Assembly: GCA_016191105.1 (NCBI GenBank)
Contig: JACPPH010000004.1
Location: forward strand, 65,230-129,229
DNA from: Candidatus Saccharimonadota bacterium
Lineage (GTDB): Bacteria > Patescibacteriota > Saccharimonadia > CAILAD01 > BJGX01
Reading direction: 5' to 3'
Length of the DNA stretch: 64,000 nt
The position numbers and the translations under genes were made by a program. Below, one piece after another: positions 10,275-18,863 of this stretch. The number at the start of each line of letters is the position of its first letter. Positions within the stretch are counted from its first letter, which is position 1. The notes below the pieces were generated by a model, which was given only the letters and a program-made list of their open reading frames with translations, searched no databases and was not told the DNA's origin.

Positions 10275-10823
10275 CTACATGCTTGGGCAACGCGGGGGAC
10301 AGCGACCGGGCTCACAACAGCCTTGGTCAGGGTCTTGACTCGCATCTTTGCCAGCAGGCCGGCAGTTGGTACTGTCGCAGGCTCCTGGCTCGGGCACTGA
10401 TCCTGGCGGGACCGTGCCCCGATCAGATACTCCAGGAACCGTGGCGGGTGGGATGCAGGGAGGCGTGGGGTCTTGGATGCAGTAGCGCGGTGGCACCACA
10501 TCGCAGTTGCCTCGTGCCTCGCATACCACCGCCGGGTTGTTGAACACGCTCGAGCATTTGCTACCAGGATCCAGCTTCCTTGGATCGCCCTCGGTCATAG
10601 GCGGGCAGCCTCGCACATCCGGGATGGTGCCACCGAAGTGGGGGGAAACCACTGTCGTCTTCGATGGCGGGCACGGGTCGTTGGGCCCGTAGAACACCAC
10701 ATTGCCGCTGACCTGATCGGGCGGGCAGATGGTCTTGGTAGGGGCGCTGTCGTTCGGACCGGCCTGGCCGGTGCAAGAGGCGGCAGCCAGGATGAACGGG
10801 ATGAGTATCGGTAGGCGCTTCAT
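10275..10823 (-). CDS. Cys/Pro-rich lipoprotein (signal MKRLPILIPFILAAASC)
   Basis: Lipobox-like LAAASC, about 20 Cys and many Pro. An AAAGGGG Shine-Dalgarno precedes the ATG at 10823. High GC. Confidence 0.5.
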   Translation of the reverse strand: MKRLPILIPFILAAASCTGQAGPNDSAPTKTICPPDQVSGNVVFYGPNDPCPPSKTTVVSPHFGGTIPDVRGCPPMTEGDPRKLDPGSKCSSVFNNPAVVCEARGNCDVVPPRYCIQDPTPPCIPPATVPGVSDRGTVPPGSVPEPGACDSTNCRPAGKDASQDPDQGCCEPGRCPPRCPSM

Positions 10824-10956
10824 GTGAGCACCCCTTTCGTGAGTAGTATGGTTGTCGATTGTAAAGGTAGAGGAATGCTCCTCCCCTAAACACTCATTCG
10901 CTGGAGAGCGAATTAAGTACTTGGGGGAGGCCCCATCCACCTTTCGGTGGAAAGGA

Positions 10957-11499
10957 CTACCCTGGAATTTGTGGTGGACCGACTACTTCGTCGTAGGTGT
11001 CGGGCGTGAGCCAGGGCTCCACGATGATGACGCCGCCGGTGTTGCGGTGTCGAGCCAAGTTCATGATCGCAACTTCCAGCTGTTCGGTATCACGCATGTA
11101 GCCGATCGAGCTGAACAGGCATGTCACCACATCGAAGAACGACGGGTTGCGGTCAAGGAAGCCCGGGGTACTCAAGCTGAAGGTGAGCATGTCGGCACAG
11201 ATCAAGTTGACCTCTGGCAGGCGCTTGCGAGCCATCTCGAGCTGTTGGGGAGACAGGTCAATGCCGACCACCTTGCTGAACCAGGCGGCGAGATGCTGCA
11301 GGTGCAGGCCAGTGCCGCAGGCCACGTCGAGCAAGCTCATGTCACGAGGGTGCTTGCCGGTCCTTTGCTCGGCGATTTCGAGCACTCGGCTGGCCTCGAC
11401 GCTGTAGTCCTTGAGGCTCTCATAGAGAGTGTCGTACCAGACCGCCGAGTGGGTGTAGGCAGTCATGTCTTCGGTTGTATCCATATTGGTGTTGGTCAT
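10957..11499 (-). CDS. Class I SAM-dependent methyltransferase
   Basis: Motif I LDVACGTGLH. An acidic loop and motif IV-like region follow. High GC. GGAG Shine-Dalgarno. Confidence 0.7.
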   Translation of the reverse strand: MTNTNMDTTEDMTAYTHSAVWYDTLYESLKDYSVEASRVLEIAEQRTGKHPRDMSLLDVACGTGLHLQHLAAWFSKVVGIDLSPQQLEMARKRLPEVNLICADMLTFSLSTPGFLDRNPSFFDVVTCLFSSIGYMRDTEQLEVAIMNLARHRNTGGVIIVEPWLTPDTYDEVVGPPQIPG

Positions 11500-11551
11500 G
11501 TCAAAACTCCAGGGATCGGGTTGCTAGCCTATGCCAGCAACGTGTAGCAAG

Positions 11552-11580
11552 ATATTATAATAAAAGCTATATAAAGTCAA
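11552..11580 (-). promoter_or_regulatory. Sigma70-type promoter for the leftward island B operon (TTGACT-N17-TAATAT), overlapping a divergent TTGACT on the plus strand
   Basis: Read on the minus strand. Homologous to the island C promoter (TTGACWTWMTATAGCTYTT). Confidence 0.45.
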
Positions 11581-11640
11581 TAGTCTTGACTGGTTCGTTG
11601 TACAGCTAAAAGTAAAGCCCATTTCAGGTATAATGTTGCT

Positions 11641-12522
11641 ATGCCAGAGCTACCAGAGGTCGAAACAGTTCGAACAGGATTACAGCAGTTCTTGGTGGGC
11701 CAGACCATCCAAGCGGTGGCTTTTGATTGGCTTAAAAGCTTCCCAAACGACAAAAACCAAGTTGATAAATTCGTAATAAAAGCTGAAATTACATCTGTAA
11801 AGCGCCGCGCCAAGGTGTTATTGCTCGATTTAAACACAGGCTACACACTCATGGTGCATCTCAAAATGACCGGCCAGATGGTGTATCGGCCCAAAGAGGG
11901 TGAGGGCTTTGGTGGTGGGCATCCGTCAGATAGCCTAATAAGTAAATTACCAGATAAATCTACCCGAGTAACTTTTACGCTAAACCGCGGCAAGTTGTTT
12001 TTTAACGACCAGCGTAAATTTGGCTGGATTAAACTAAAAAAGACCGCCGATCTAGTTAGTGACGAGTTTTTGAGCAAACTTGGCCCAGAACCACTCGAGG
12101 ATAGCTACACATTTGAACAGTTTAAGGCTGCAATACAAAGAAGGCAAAAAACCAGCATAAAAGCTGCCATTTTAGATCAGACAGTTCTGGCCGGGGTGGG
12201 TAATATTTATGCCGATGAGAGCCTATTTGCAGCCCGAATTCACCCAGCCACCCTGGTGAAAGATGTTAGCAGCATAAAGTTAAAGCGGCTCTACAATGCC
12301 ATTCGCGAAGTCATGAACTTAAGCATTCGCTTAGGTGGCAGTAGCGATCGCAATTATGTCGATGCTCAAGGAAAAAAGGGTAGTTACCTTAAATTCGCCA
12401 AGGTTTTCAGAAGAGATGGGCAAGAATGCCCGGAATGTGGGGGCAAGATTGTAAAAATTCGTGTGGCTGGCCGCGGCACGCACATTTGCCCCAAATGCCA
12501 GAAATTGCCGAGGAAAAGGTGA
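11641..12522 (+). CDS. mutM: Formamidopyrimidine-DNA glycosylase
   Basis: N-terminal MPELPEVE, H2TH region, C-terminal zinc finger CPECGGK...CPKCQ. Confidence 0.92.
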   Translation: MPELPEVETVRTGLQQFLVGQTIQAVAFDWLKSFPNDKNQVDKFVIKAEITSVKRRAKVLLLDLNTGYTLMVHLKMTGQMVYRPKEGEGFGGGHPSDSLISKLPDKSTRVTFTLNRGKLFFNDQRKFGWIKLKKTADLVSDEFLSKLGPEPLEDSYTFEQFKAAIQRRQKTSIKAAILDQTVLAGVGNIYADESLFAARIHPATLVKDVSSIKLKRLYNAIREVMNLSIRLGGSSDRNYVDAQGKKGSYLKFAKVFRRDGQECPECGGKIVKIRVAGRGTHICPKCQKLPRKR

Positions 12523-13085
12523 GGTATTACTTCGGTGGCGCCAACGGCAGTGGTAAATCTACGTTAGTGTCGAGAATAGTAAAGCAAAAACAAGAGTTCA
12601 TACCTTTTAAAGGCGCCACCGAACTCATGGAGGCCTTGGGCATACCTGGTGATTACGACAAGCTTAGGGCTATGGATCACTCAGTAACTACCGCCGCGTT
12701 TGGAAAGCTGGTTCAGGAGCAATCAAAAAAACACCGAAACCTAATAATCGACGCACACTACATGAACCTTAAACACGGTAAGTTTTATCCGGTTTGGGGC
12801 GACTGGCTTAGCTCGGTTGATGCTCTGGTGTTGGTAGAAGCACCTGCCAGCGCTATATTGGAGCGAATAGAACTCGATCCAAGTAAAGACAGGGCTCTGT
12901 TCCCGGCCGGGGCTACAGAAAAGCAAAAACTGAGCCTACTAAAAGCTTTGATCAGCACCAGCAAAGATGTGTTTTTGGACTGCGCAAACCAATACAACAA
13001 AAAGAGCTTGATTATTGAAAATACCGACCCAACTAAAGCTCTAGATAAGTTTATTAAATTTGATTTTAATCTCCCAAAAACCTAA
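12495..13085 (+). CDS. P-loop NTPase (Walker A GGANGSGKST), function unclear
   Basis: The start is placed at MPEIAEE, so it overlaps the fpg 3' end. The C-terminal codons NLPKT* lie in the shared island left-end motif. Confidence 0.55.
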   Translation: MPEIAEEKVRYYFGGANGSGKSTLVSRIVKQKQEFIPFKGATELMEALGIPGDYDKLRAMDHSVTTAAFGKLVQEQSKKHRNLIIDAHYMNLKHGKFYPVWGDWLSSVDALVLVEAPASAILERIELDPSKDRALFPAGATEKQKLSLLKALISTSKDVFLDCANQYNKKSLIIENTDPTKALDKFIKFDFNLPKT

Positions 13086-13116
13086 ATTATTTTAGATCTT
13101 TGGGAGAACGACAACC
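13071..13116. repeat. Left-end junction motif of island C (ctcccaaaaacctaa ... gatctttgggagaacgacaacc)
   Basis: Homologous to 9651-9730. Inverted repeat ctcccaaa/tttgggag. Confidence 0.55.
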
Positions 13117-13179
13117 TTCGTCGAAACACCCCCGGCGACGCACTATGGAAGTGCGTATCTTATGGTGCCGGTATGTTGA

Positions 13180-13326
13180 CTATCCGGTGACCCGCTTCTT
13201 CGCGAGTTTGATGACGAACTCGAGAAGCAGGGCGCCGGAGAGGGCGAGGCCGAACGTGGAGACGATGATGATTATGTACTCATCGCTCTCATTCAGCCTC
13301 CGGCGAATCGCACGAACGGGGTTCAT
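13180..13326 (-). CDS. 48-aa single-TM protein (MNPVRAIRRRLNESDEYIIIIVSTFGLALSGALLLEFVIKLAKKRVTG), island C
   Basis: Under 60 aa. A GTGAGGTG Shine-Dalgarno overlaps the stop of the upstream ORF. Homologous to the 9961-10134 ORF. Confidence 0.35.
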   Translation of the reverse strand: MNPVRAIRRRLNESDEYIIIIVSTFGLALSGALLLEFVIKLAKKRVTG

Positions 13327-13335
13327 CGAATCACC

Positions 13336-13641
13336 TCACTTGTGGTAGTTGCGGTGAGGGTTGACAGCAGCGATGAACGGGACGGCGACTGCGGCCAAGA
13401 GCGCCACAATCAGGCCCATCACACGGTCACGTACCTCGAACTGCTGATCGAGTGCCACGTAGGCACCGAGCACGATCGAAGCGACAGAGAGAACGAGAAG
13501 GCCGTAGCACCAGATAATGCGATTGCCAACTTCATCTGTGTCCATCGTGTCGAGGATTCGTGCGCGAATCCTCTGGCTGGTGGCGTCGTCGAGCTCTGGT
13601 CCTCCGCTGCGGAAATCCCGCAGGGGATCCAAATCATCCAT
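13336..13641 (-). CDS. 101-aa membrane protein, island C
   Basis: Two hydrophobic segments. GGAGG Shine-Dalgarno. High GC. Confidence 0.4.
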   Translation of the reverse strand: MDDLDPLRDFRSGGPELDDATSQRIRARILDTMDTDEVGNRIIWCYGLLVLSVASIVLGAYVALDQQFEVRDRVMGLIVALLAAVAVPFIAAVNPHRNYHK

Positions 13642-13729
13642 GGGTTGACCTCCAGGGTCGTGGAATGGTTGTCATTTGGTTGTCGAAGGTCGCTCTGGGC
13701 GGTTGCCCAAAGGACCAGCGAACCTGAAC

Positions 13730-13758
13730 ATAGTACCATAAGAGCTATAGTATGTCAA
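13730..13758 (-). promoter_or_regulatory. Sigma70-type promoter for island C (TTGACA-N17-TACTAT)
   Basis: Read on the minus strand. Shares tatagct spacer sequence with the island B promoter. Confidence 0.45.
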
Positions 13759-13787
13759 GGCGCGCGTTTTAAGCTATAATTAAGGCT

Positions 13788-14720
13788 ATGATTTTCTACT
13801 TTTATGGTGACAACAGTTTTGCCATGCGCCAGCAGATTGAGGCCATTCGAGCCCGATACAGCAAAAAAGCTGGTGGTGAGCTGGAGTTAGAACGCTTGGA
13901 TATGGCAGAGGCCAAGGCCGAAGACCTATTGGATTCGCTGGGTGTTATGCCCATGTTTGCAACTAGTCGATTGGTGATTGCATACAATTTTTCTGCAAAC
14001 CCTACATTGCTCGAAAAGTTTCAAGACGTGGTGGAGGCTGCGGTGGAGCCGACCATTTTGGTGATTGGCGACTCCAAACCCGACAAGCGTTCGCGAGCTT
14101 TTAAAGCGTTATCTAAATTGCCGCAGGCCAAAGAATTTACGGCCATTACACCTGGAGAACTGCAAACTTGGGCCCGGCTTACCGCCAAAAAACTAGGTGC
14201 CGAACTCGATGCGCGCACAGCTAGTTTGCTAATTGAGCGGGTCGGGCATGATCAATGGCAGCTGCACCAAGAGCTCCAAAAACTGGCTAGTTATAACAGC
14301 AAAATCACTCCCGGGTCGATCGATGAGTTGGTAGTGCCGAATCATGAACAAACAATTTTTCAACTCATAGATGCCGTGGCTCAGCACAAAACCGCCAGAG
14401 CACTAGAATTGTACAAGCGCTTGAGCCTAGATGGTGTGGCCGATCAGCAAGTTTTGGCAATGCTGAACTGGCAATATCGAAACTTGGTGATCGCCAAAGA
14501 CAACCAAGGCGGCGAGTTGGCTTGGGCGCGCGACTTTGGCATAGCACCATTTGCGGCCAACAAAGCCGTTGGCCAAGCTCGAGAGCTCGAAATGACTGAC
14601 CTGCGAACGGCCTACGCCCAGATTGTGTCGGCAGATTTTGCCATTAAAACCGGCGCCAAACCATCGGCCCTGGCGCTCGAACAGCTGCTGGTTGAGCTTA
14701 GCTTAGCCGAACAACCCTAA
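13788..14720 (+). CDS. holA: DNA polymerase III delta subunit
   Basis: Size and N-terminal block (FYFYGDNSFAMRQQIEAIRARY) resemble HolA. Replication-gene context. Confidence 0.65.
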   Translation: MIFYFYGDNSFAMRQQIEAIRARYSKKAGGELELERLDMAEAKAEDLLDSLGVMPMFATSRLVIAYNFSANPTLLEKFQDVVEAAVEPTILVIGDSKPDKRSRAFKALSKLPQAKEFTAITPGELQTWARLTAKKLGAELDARTASLLIERVGHDQWQLHQELQKLASYNSKITPGSIDELVVPNHEQTIFQLIDAVAQHKTARALELYKRLSLDGVADQQVLAMLNWQYRNLVIAKDNQGGELAWARDFGIAPFAANKAVGQARELEMTDLRTAYAQIVSADFAIKTGAKPSALALEQLLVELSLAEQP

Positions 14721-14797
14721 AGCTTGTAATTTTTGATTTTGCAGGTATGATTAGCTGGTAATATTCACGTGTCACAACCTTTAAGGAGGTGAGAGCG

Positions 14798-15034
14798 GTG
14801 AGTGAATGGCGTACCAAATATGAGGATCCGACGACCAAGGGCTACCAGCTTCATTTCCTCGGTGAGGAAGGGGATGGGTGGACAGTCATCGAGATGCACA
14901 ATGGCACGAACGCCTGTGTCCCTGGTGGCAGGTGCGACGATCTCTGGCTCGAGTTCGACACGTCTGAGGGGGCGCTAGATCGAGCCAAGCTGGCAGTTCA
15001 GCAAGCAAGACAAGCTCAGGAGGCGGAATCATGA
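14798..15034 (+). CDS. Hypothetical protein, island D ORF1
   Basis: GTG start 8 nt after AAGGAGG. An extended -10 promoter (TGGTAATAT) lies upstream. High GC. Confidence 0.35.
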   Translation: MSEWRTKYEDPTTKGYQLHFLGEEGDGWTVIEMHNGTNACVPGGRCDDLWLEFDTSEGALDRAKLAVQQARQAQEAES

Positions 15035-15258
15035 TTTTGTTTGGATGGCGCACCGAAAGGATCGATAAGGCCGGGATGTGGTTGCACACCAAACCTGGCG
15101 TGGGTCGTGTCGAAGAGAACTACAACGGCACCGGCTGTTATCCAATCAGTGCTACTGGCGGGCCCCTACTGCCGCCAGGTGAGAAGTTGACCGGTGCGTT
15201 TGCTCTGTTGCGCGCCAAGCATATGGTTGAGACCAACGTCAATCAGTTTTACGGCTGA
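15031..15258 (+). CDS. Hypothetical protein, island D ORF2
   Basis: ATGA overlap with ORF1. AGGAGG lies inside the upstream coding sequence. Confidence 0.35.
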   Translation: MILFGWRTERIDKAGMWLHTKPGVGRVEENYNGTGCYPISATGGPLLPPGEKLTGAFALLRAKHMVETNVNQFYG

Positions 15259-15276
15259 GCCGCCACAGTGGCATTT

Positions 15277-15319
15277 AAGCCCGAAGGAAGGAGCTTTCCC
15301 TCGGGCTTCTTCTATTTTT
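15277..15319 (+). terminator. Rho-independent terminator of island D (aagcccga...tcgggctt + T-run)
   Basis: Stem-loop followed by cttctattttt. Confidence 0.6.
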
Positions 15320-15495
15320 AGTAAAAATTTTTAGGCTTTTGAATCTAGCGAGCATTTTCGTATGCTACAATTAATTTGAAATTGGTGGCCAACCTTTAGG
15401 AGGGTGGGCCATCACCGAACCCAAAACAAAAGGAGGTTGCGTAGGGATTACTGGCAAGCGGGAAAGCTGCTTTTAGAGAAAGCAGAGGTGACGGC

Positions 15496-15747
15496 ATGGC
15501 AACATTCGCAATCGAACGAAAGCAAGAAGAGGGCTTCGGGGTTTCGACCCTGACTGTGCTAAAGAGCGGCAGGCCATGGGCACGCATTACCTCGCTGGTG
15601 AGCGGGGAAGTGTGCAGCGTGTTCATTCCGCCAGACTCCGAGACCATGGTCAACGACAAGCCACTCCGGGAGCAGGAGGCCATTGACCTGGCCAAGGCCT
15701 TCAAGTATCCCCGGCAGAAGAAGCGGAAACAGCCAAAGGCGGCGTAA
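15496..15747 (+). CDS. Hypothetical basic protein, island E
   Basis: GAGGTGA Shine-Dalgarno. A promoter TTGAAT...TGCTACAAT (extended -10) sits ~140 nt upstream. High GC. Confidence 0.35.
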   Translation: MATFAIERKQEEGFGVSTLTVLKSGRPWARITSLVSGEVCSVFIPPDSETMVNDKPLREQEAIDLAKAFKYPRQKKRKQPKAA

Positions 15748-15820
15748 CGCATCTCTTCGTTGGCGGACATAAGCGGGTCTGAGGGTGTGGTCCTCTCGGA
15801 CCCACTCTCATTTATAATCA

Positions 15821-15851
15821 AAAACCACTCATGCTTACTCGAGTGGTTTTT
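15821..15851. terminator. Bidirectional terminator (aaaaccactc-N10-gagtggtttt) between island E and rpsT
   Basis: Perfect 10-bp stem with A-run and T-run flanks. Confidence 0.7.
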
Positions 15852-15858
15852 GAGTAAT

Positions 15859-16257
15859 TTACTTGTTTGGTTTAGCGGCTGGCTTCTTAGCCGGGGCTTT
15901 TTTGGCAGTTGTTTTAGCTGCCGGTTTCTTAGCGGTTGCTTTTTTGGCGCCAGGCTTGCCTGTCCGCTGTCCAGCGGATTCGGTGCCGAAGGGCTTGGCA
16001 GCAGCGGCATTGTAAGCCTTAGTTAGGCGAGACTTACGGCGGGCAGCTGTGCCCTTATGGAGCACGCCCTTCTTAACGGCTCGGTCTACCTCGGCAATGG
16101 CAGCAATCAGAGCTTTGCTGTCTTTAGGGCTACCGCTCAAGATTTCGGTGCGCACGACCTTGAATTTCTTCTTTACCGCAACCTTAACCGCCACATTGCG
16201 CTGGTTGCGCTTTTTGGCTTGGCGGTCACGTTTGATTGCTGATTTGATAATAGGCAT
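15859..16257 (-). CDS. rpsT: 30S ribosomal protein S20 with a Lys/Ala-rich C-terminal extension
   Basis: N-terminus MPIIKSAIKRDRQAKKRNQRN is typical of S20. Confidence 0.85.
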   Translation of the reverse strand: MPIIKSAIKRDRQAKKRNQRNVAVKVAVKKKFKVVRTEILSGSPKDSKALIAAIAEVDRAVKKGVLHKGTAARRKSRLTKAYNAAAAKPFGTESAGQRTGKPGAKKATAKKPAAKTTAKKAPAKKPAAKPNK

Positions 16258-16729
16258 AGCGCTCAGTATACCGCATTAAGGCCCATCTGTAAAGAACCGC
16301 GTAGTGGCAAGTGCAAGTATAGAATGCTACTAAGCTTTTGTGCGTCTAGTGCTGGCGGGGAGAGGTGGGGCTAGCGCTCAGTTGAACTCCTCCAAACCAC
16401 CGGCAAAAGTCGAACCACACAACTGCCTGCCCTCTTTGCTTCCGTGGATCGGGAGATGACCCAGGGATAGAGGGGTCCGCATATCAGACGGCCAACAAGG
16501 AGGTGATCCATGACTCGCAATCGTGGATCCACCACTGCTGTCATCTCTTCCGCACAGGAGATCGGCTTCTAGGCCAGCGCCTACTGAAGTCGCAAGACAG
16601 TAATACCAACGGGCATAGCCGCTGCGGTGAACGCCCTGACCGCATCCATCGAGCGCTCAACCATCGCCTGCGTTGAGTGCTTATCACGACGAACTCGAGT
16701 GCCGCACCCCAGCTCTCGAACGGGACTAC

Positions 16730-16766
16730 GCCCCCGGCCGTAAGGCCGGGGGCTACCCATTTTTGT
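16730..16766 (+). terminator. Strong rho-independent terminator (gcccccggcc-gtaa-ggccgggggc + ttttt) closing high-GC segment G
   Basis: 10-bp GC stem plus T-run. Confidence 0.65.
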
Positions 16767-16801
16767 TGAAAATTTTTGACACTCTGGCTTATAATAAAAC
16801 C

Positions 16802-17221
16802 ATGAATCTAGAGCTTGCAGCTCAACTACAAAACATCAGCCTAACCGACAAACAGGCTAGAGTTTACATTGCATCTCTATCTTTGGGGCCAAACAGTGCC
16901 CAAAACATTGCCAAAGCAGCAGATGTAAATCGGGCCACCACCTATGTAATCATTGAAGAACTTATGGGTATGGGCCTTGTGACGCAGAGCGAAAAGAGCA
17001 AGCGCACGGTATTTGTAGCCGCACCACCAAGTGCAATCAAACAGTACCTCGAAGATGTCAAAACAGATTTACAGAATAAGATTGACGAACTAGAGAAGCT
17101 ACAGCCACAACTTGAAAAGTTGTCTACCCCAACGGATCTAGAGCACCTAAAGAGACAAATCATCCAGAGTCTTAACCAGGCTGAGATTGAACGGCTGATA
17201 GCAGAACTCCAGAAGTCCTAA
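16802..17221 (+). CDS. TrmB-like wHTH transcriptional regulator
   Basis: N-terminal HTH LTDKQARVYIASLSLGPNSAQNIAKAADVNRATTYVIIEELMGMGLV and a coiled-coil C-terminus. The start is 10 nt after a TATAAT. Confidence 0.6.
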   Translation: MNLELAAQLQNISLTDKQARVYIASLSLGPNSAQNIAKAADVNRATTYVIIEELMGMGLVTQSEKSKRTVFVAAPPSAIKQYLEDVKTDLQNKIDELEKLQPQLEKLSTPTDLEHLKRQIIQSLNQAEIERLIAELQKS

Positions 17222-17325
17222 GGCAGGCACAAGAGTCACCAAAGAGCTTGACAAAAGTACTTACGTTTGGTATAATTGCACATTGTCTAAATTAGAACCG
17301 TTAAATCAGTTCCAACCAAATCATT

Positions 17326-18429
17326 ATGCAAAACGAATTAACTCCCAAACAACAGGTTACAGAGCTAATCCGCCAGGCCAACAACATATTGTTGGTTACG
17401 GGTCGTGAGCCCAATACCGACCAGTTAAGCTCGGTGGTGGCCATGCAGACTGTTTTAACCCGCCTGGGCAAACAAGCCGAGGTGATTATCTCTGATCAAC
17501 TCCCCAAGAGTGCCGAGCTATTCCACACCGACATTATCAGTCGAGATCTAACTGGTATTCGCGACTTTATCATTAAGCTGCGTATGGGTAAAACCGAGGT
17601 AGAAAAGCTTAAATACCAGGTTAGCGACGATAGCCTAGATATTATAATTACGCCTCACAACGGCAATTTTAGTGCCAAGGACGCCACTTTTGACTATGGT
17701 AGTTTTCAGTTCGACCTAGTAATTGCTATGGGTGTTCCGCAAATCAACAAGCTCGATAAGATTTTGGAACAAAACCCAACCATATTCGACGGTTTGCATC
17801 TGTTAAACATCGACTATCATCGCATTAACGAGAACTACGGTAGTGTGAACCTGGTAGATACGGCTGCTAGCTCGACTGCCGAAATGCTTATTTCGGTGTT
17901 CGAATCACTAGGCCAAGGTATGGTTGACGAATACGTGGCTACTGCTATTTTGGCCGGCATTATGAGCGCAACCAGTAATTTTACAGCACCTTCGACCACT
18001 GCCAAAGCTATGACCATGGCGGCTCAAATGGTAGCCGCTGGTGGTAAACAACAAGAGGTGGTGCGCGTGTTAAAGGGTGGTAAAGCCCGCAGTGATAATC
18101 GCGATAACAACGACAAATCAGGTAGCAACAAGTCTGTACAAGAGGCTAAGCCAACAGATATGAATGCCAAGGGCGAGACTAAGCCATTCGCCAATCCGCA
18201 TGCCGATCCACAGCCAGAGACTAAGGACATTCCAAGCGACAAGCCGTTAAAGCAACCCAAAACTGAAGCCGCGCCAGAAGTGCCAGCTGCCCAGCCATCA
18301 GGTGAGGCCAAGACGACTTCGGTTGAACAAAAACCTGAACCTGCCAAGGTGCAAGAACAACAAAATGGTTCAGCTAATCCTCAGGTCGATGAGCACAACG
18401 CCCCAATAGCTATCAGCCCCTTAGCTTAA
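17326..18429 (+). CDS. DHH/DHHA1-family protein (NrnA-like) with degenerate catalytic motifs and a disordered C-terminal tail
   Basis: Overall NrnA-like layout, but the DHH motif reads DYHR. Long Lys/Pro/Glu-rich C-terminus. Confidence 0.55.
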   Translation: MQNELTPKQQVTELIRQANNILLVTGREPNTDQLSSVVAMQTVLTRLGKQAEVIISDQLPKSAELFHTDIISRDLTGIRDFIIKLRMGKTEVEKLKYQVSDDSLDIIITPHNGNFSAKDATFDYGSFQFDLVIAMGVPQINKLDKILEQNPTIFDGLHLLNIDYHRINENYGSVNLVDTAASSTAEMLISVFESLGQGMVDEYVATAILAGIMSATSNFTAPSTTAKAMTMAAQMVAAGGKQQEVVRVLKGGKARSDNRDNNDKSGSNKSVQEAKPTDMNAKGETKPFANPHADPQPETKDIPSDKPLKQPKTEAAPEVPAAQPSGEAKTTSVEQKPEPAKVQEQQNGSANPQVDEHNAPIAISPLA

Positions 18430-18455
18430 TCTGTTCTCCAATCCGACATTCTCCC

Positions 18456-18845
18456 GGCCGTTGCGGCGATCAGCAAGCAAGATAACAAAATACACTCTTG
18501 TTGCGAGAATTTGGTGTCTACCAAACCGCACAGCAACAGGAAAGTATTTTGCTGTAGAGCGCTGCTTTATCGTAAGCACAGGCCAAAGACTTTTGCTATC
18601 TTTTGGTCTTTCAAAAGATAGTTGCCCGAAGGGTAAAACCCTTTGAATCTTGCGCTGTCCGCACCGGACTTCTTTGTAGCGGAAAGTTGCCAAAGCTTCT
18701 GGCATGGGCTCAATCAAGTAGTATTCAGATAGATTTAACTTCGGGTTCTGCGGAACTCTCCGCTGGCACGCGGATCAAACAGTCCTCGCTTGCAGCACTT
18801 CGAGCTGCGCAAAGCTACGTCCAGCTGTTCGAATGCCAGACACGG
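18456..18845 (+). ncRNA. Copy 1 of a repeated structured non-coding element (5' domain plus 3' domain)
   Basis: Conserved against 22580-22968 and 37478-37675. Hairpin gctatcttttg-N6-caaaagatag and hairpin aaggg-taaaa-ccctt. Strand uncertain. Confidence 0.45.
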
Positions 18846-18863
18846 GGGGCAGACCAGATAGCG

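Noticed and set aside
10473-11547. Plus-strand ORFs (10473-10814, 10852-11547 and others) in island B, and similar antisense ORFs in islands F and I (e.g. 20422-21195, 20477-21088, 46119-46571)
   Set aside because: These are long stop-free frames typical of high-GC DNA, antisense to better-supported genes, and lack an RBS.
15396-16010. 204-aa minus-strand ORF overlapping island E and rpsT
   Set aside because: Overlaps the well-supported rpsT and the island E ORF. Its Lys/Ala-rich low-complexity translation is an artefact of the rpsT tail sequence.
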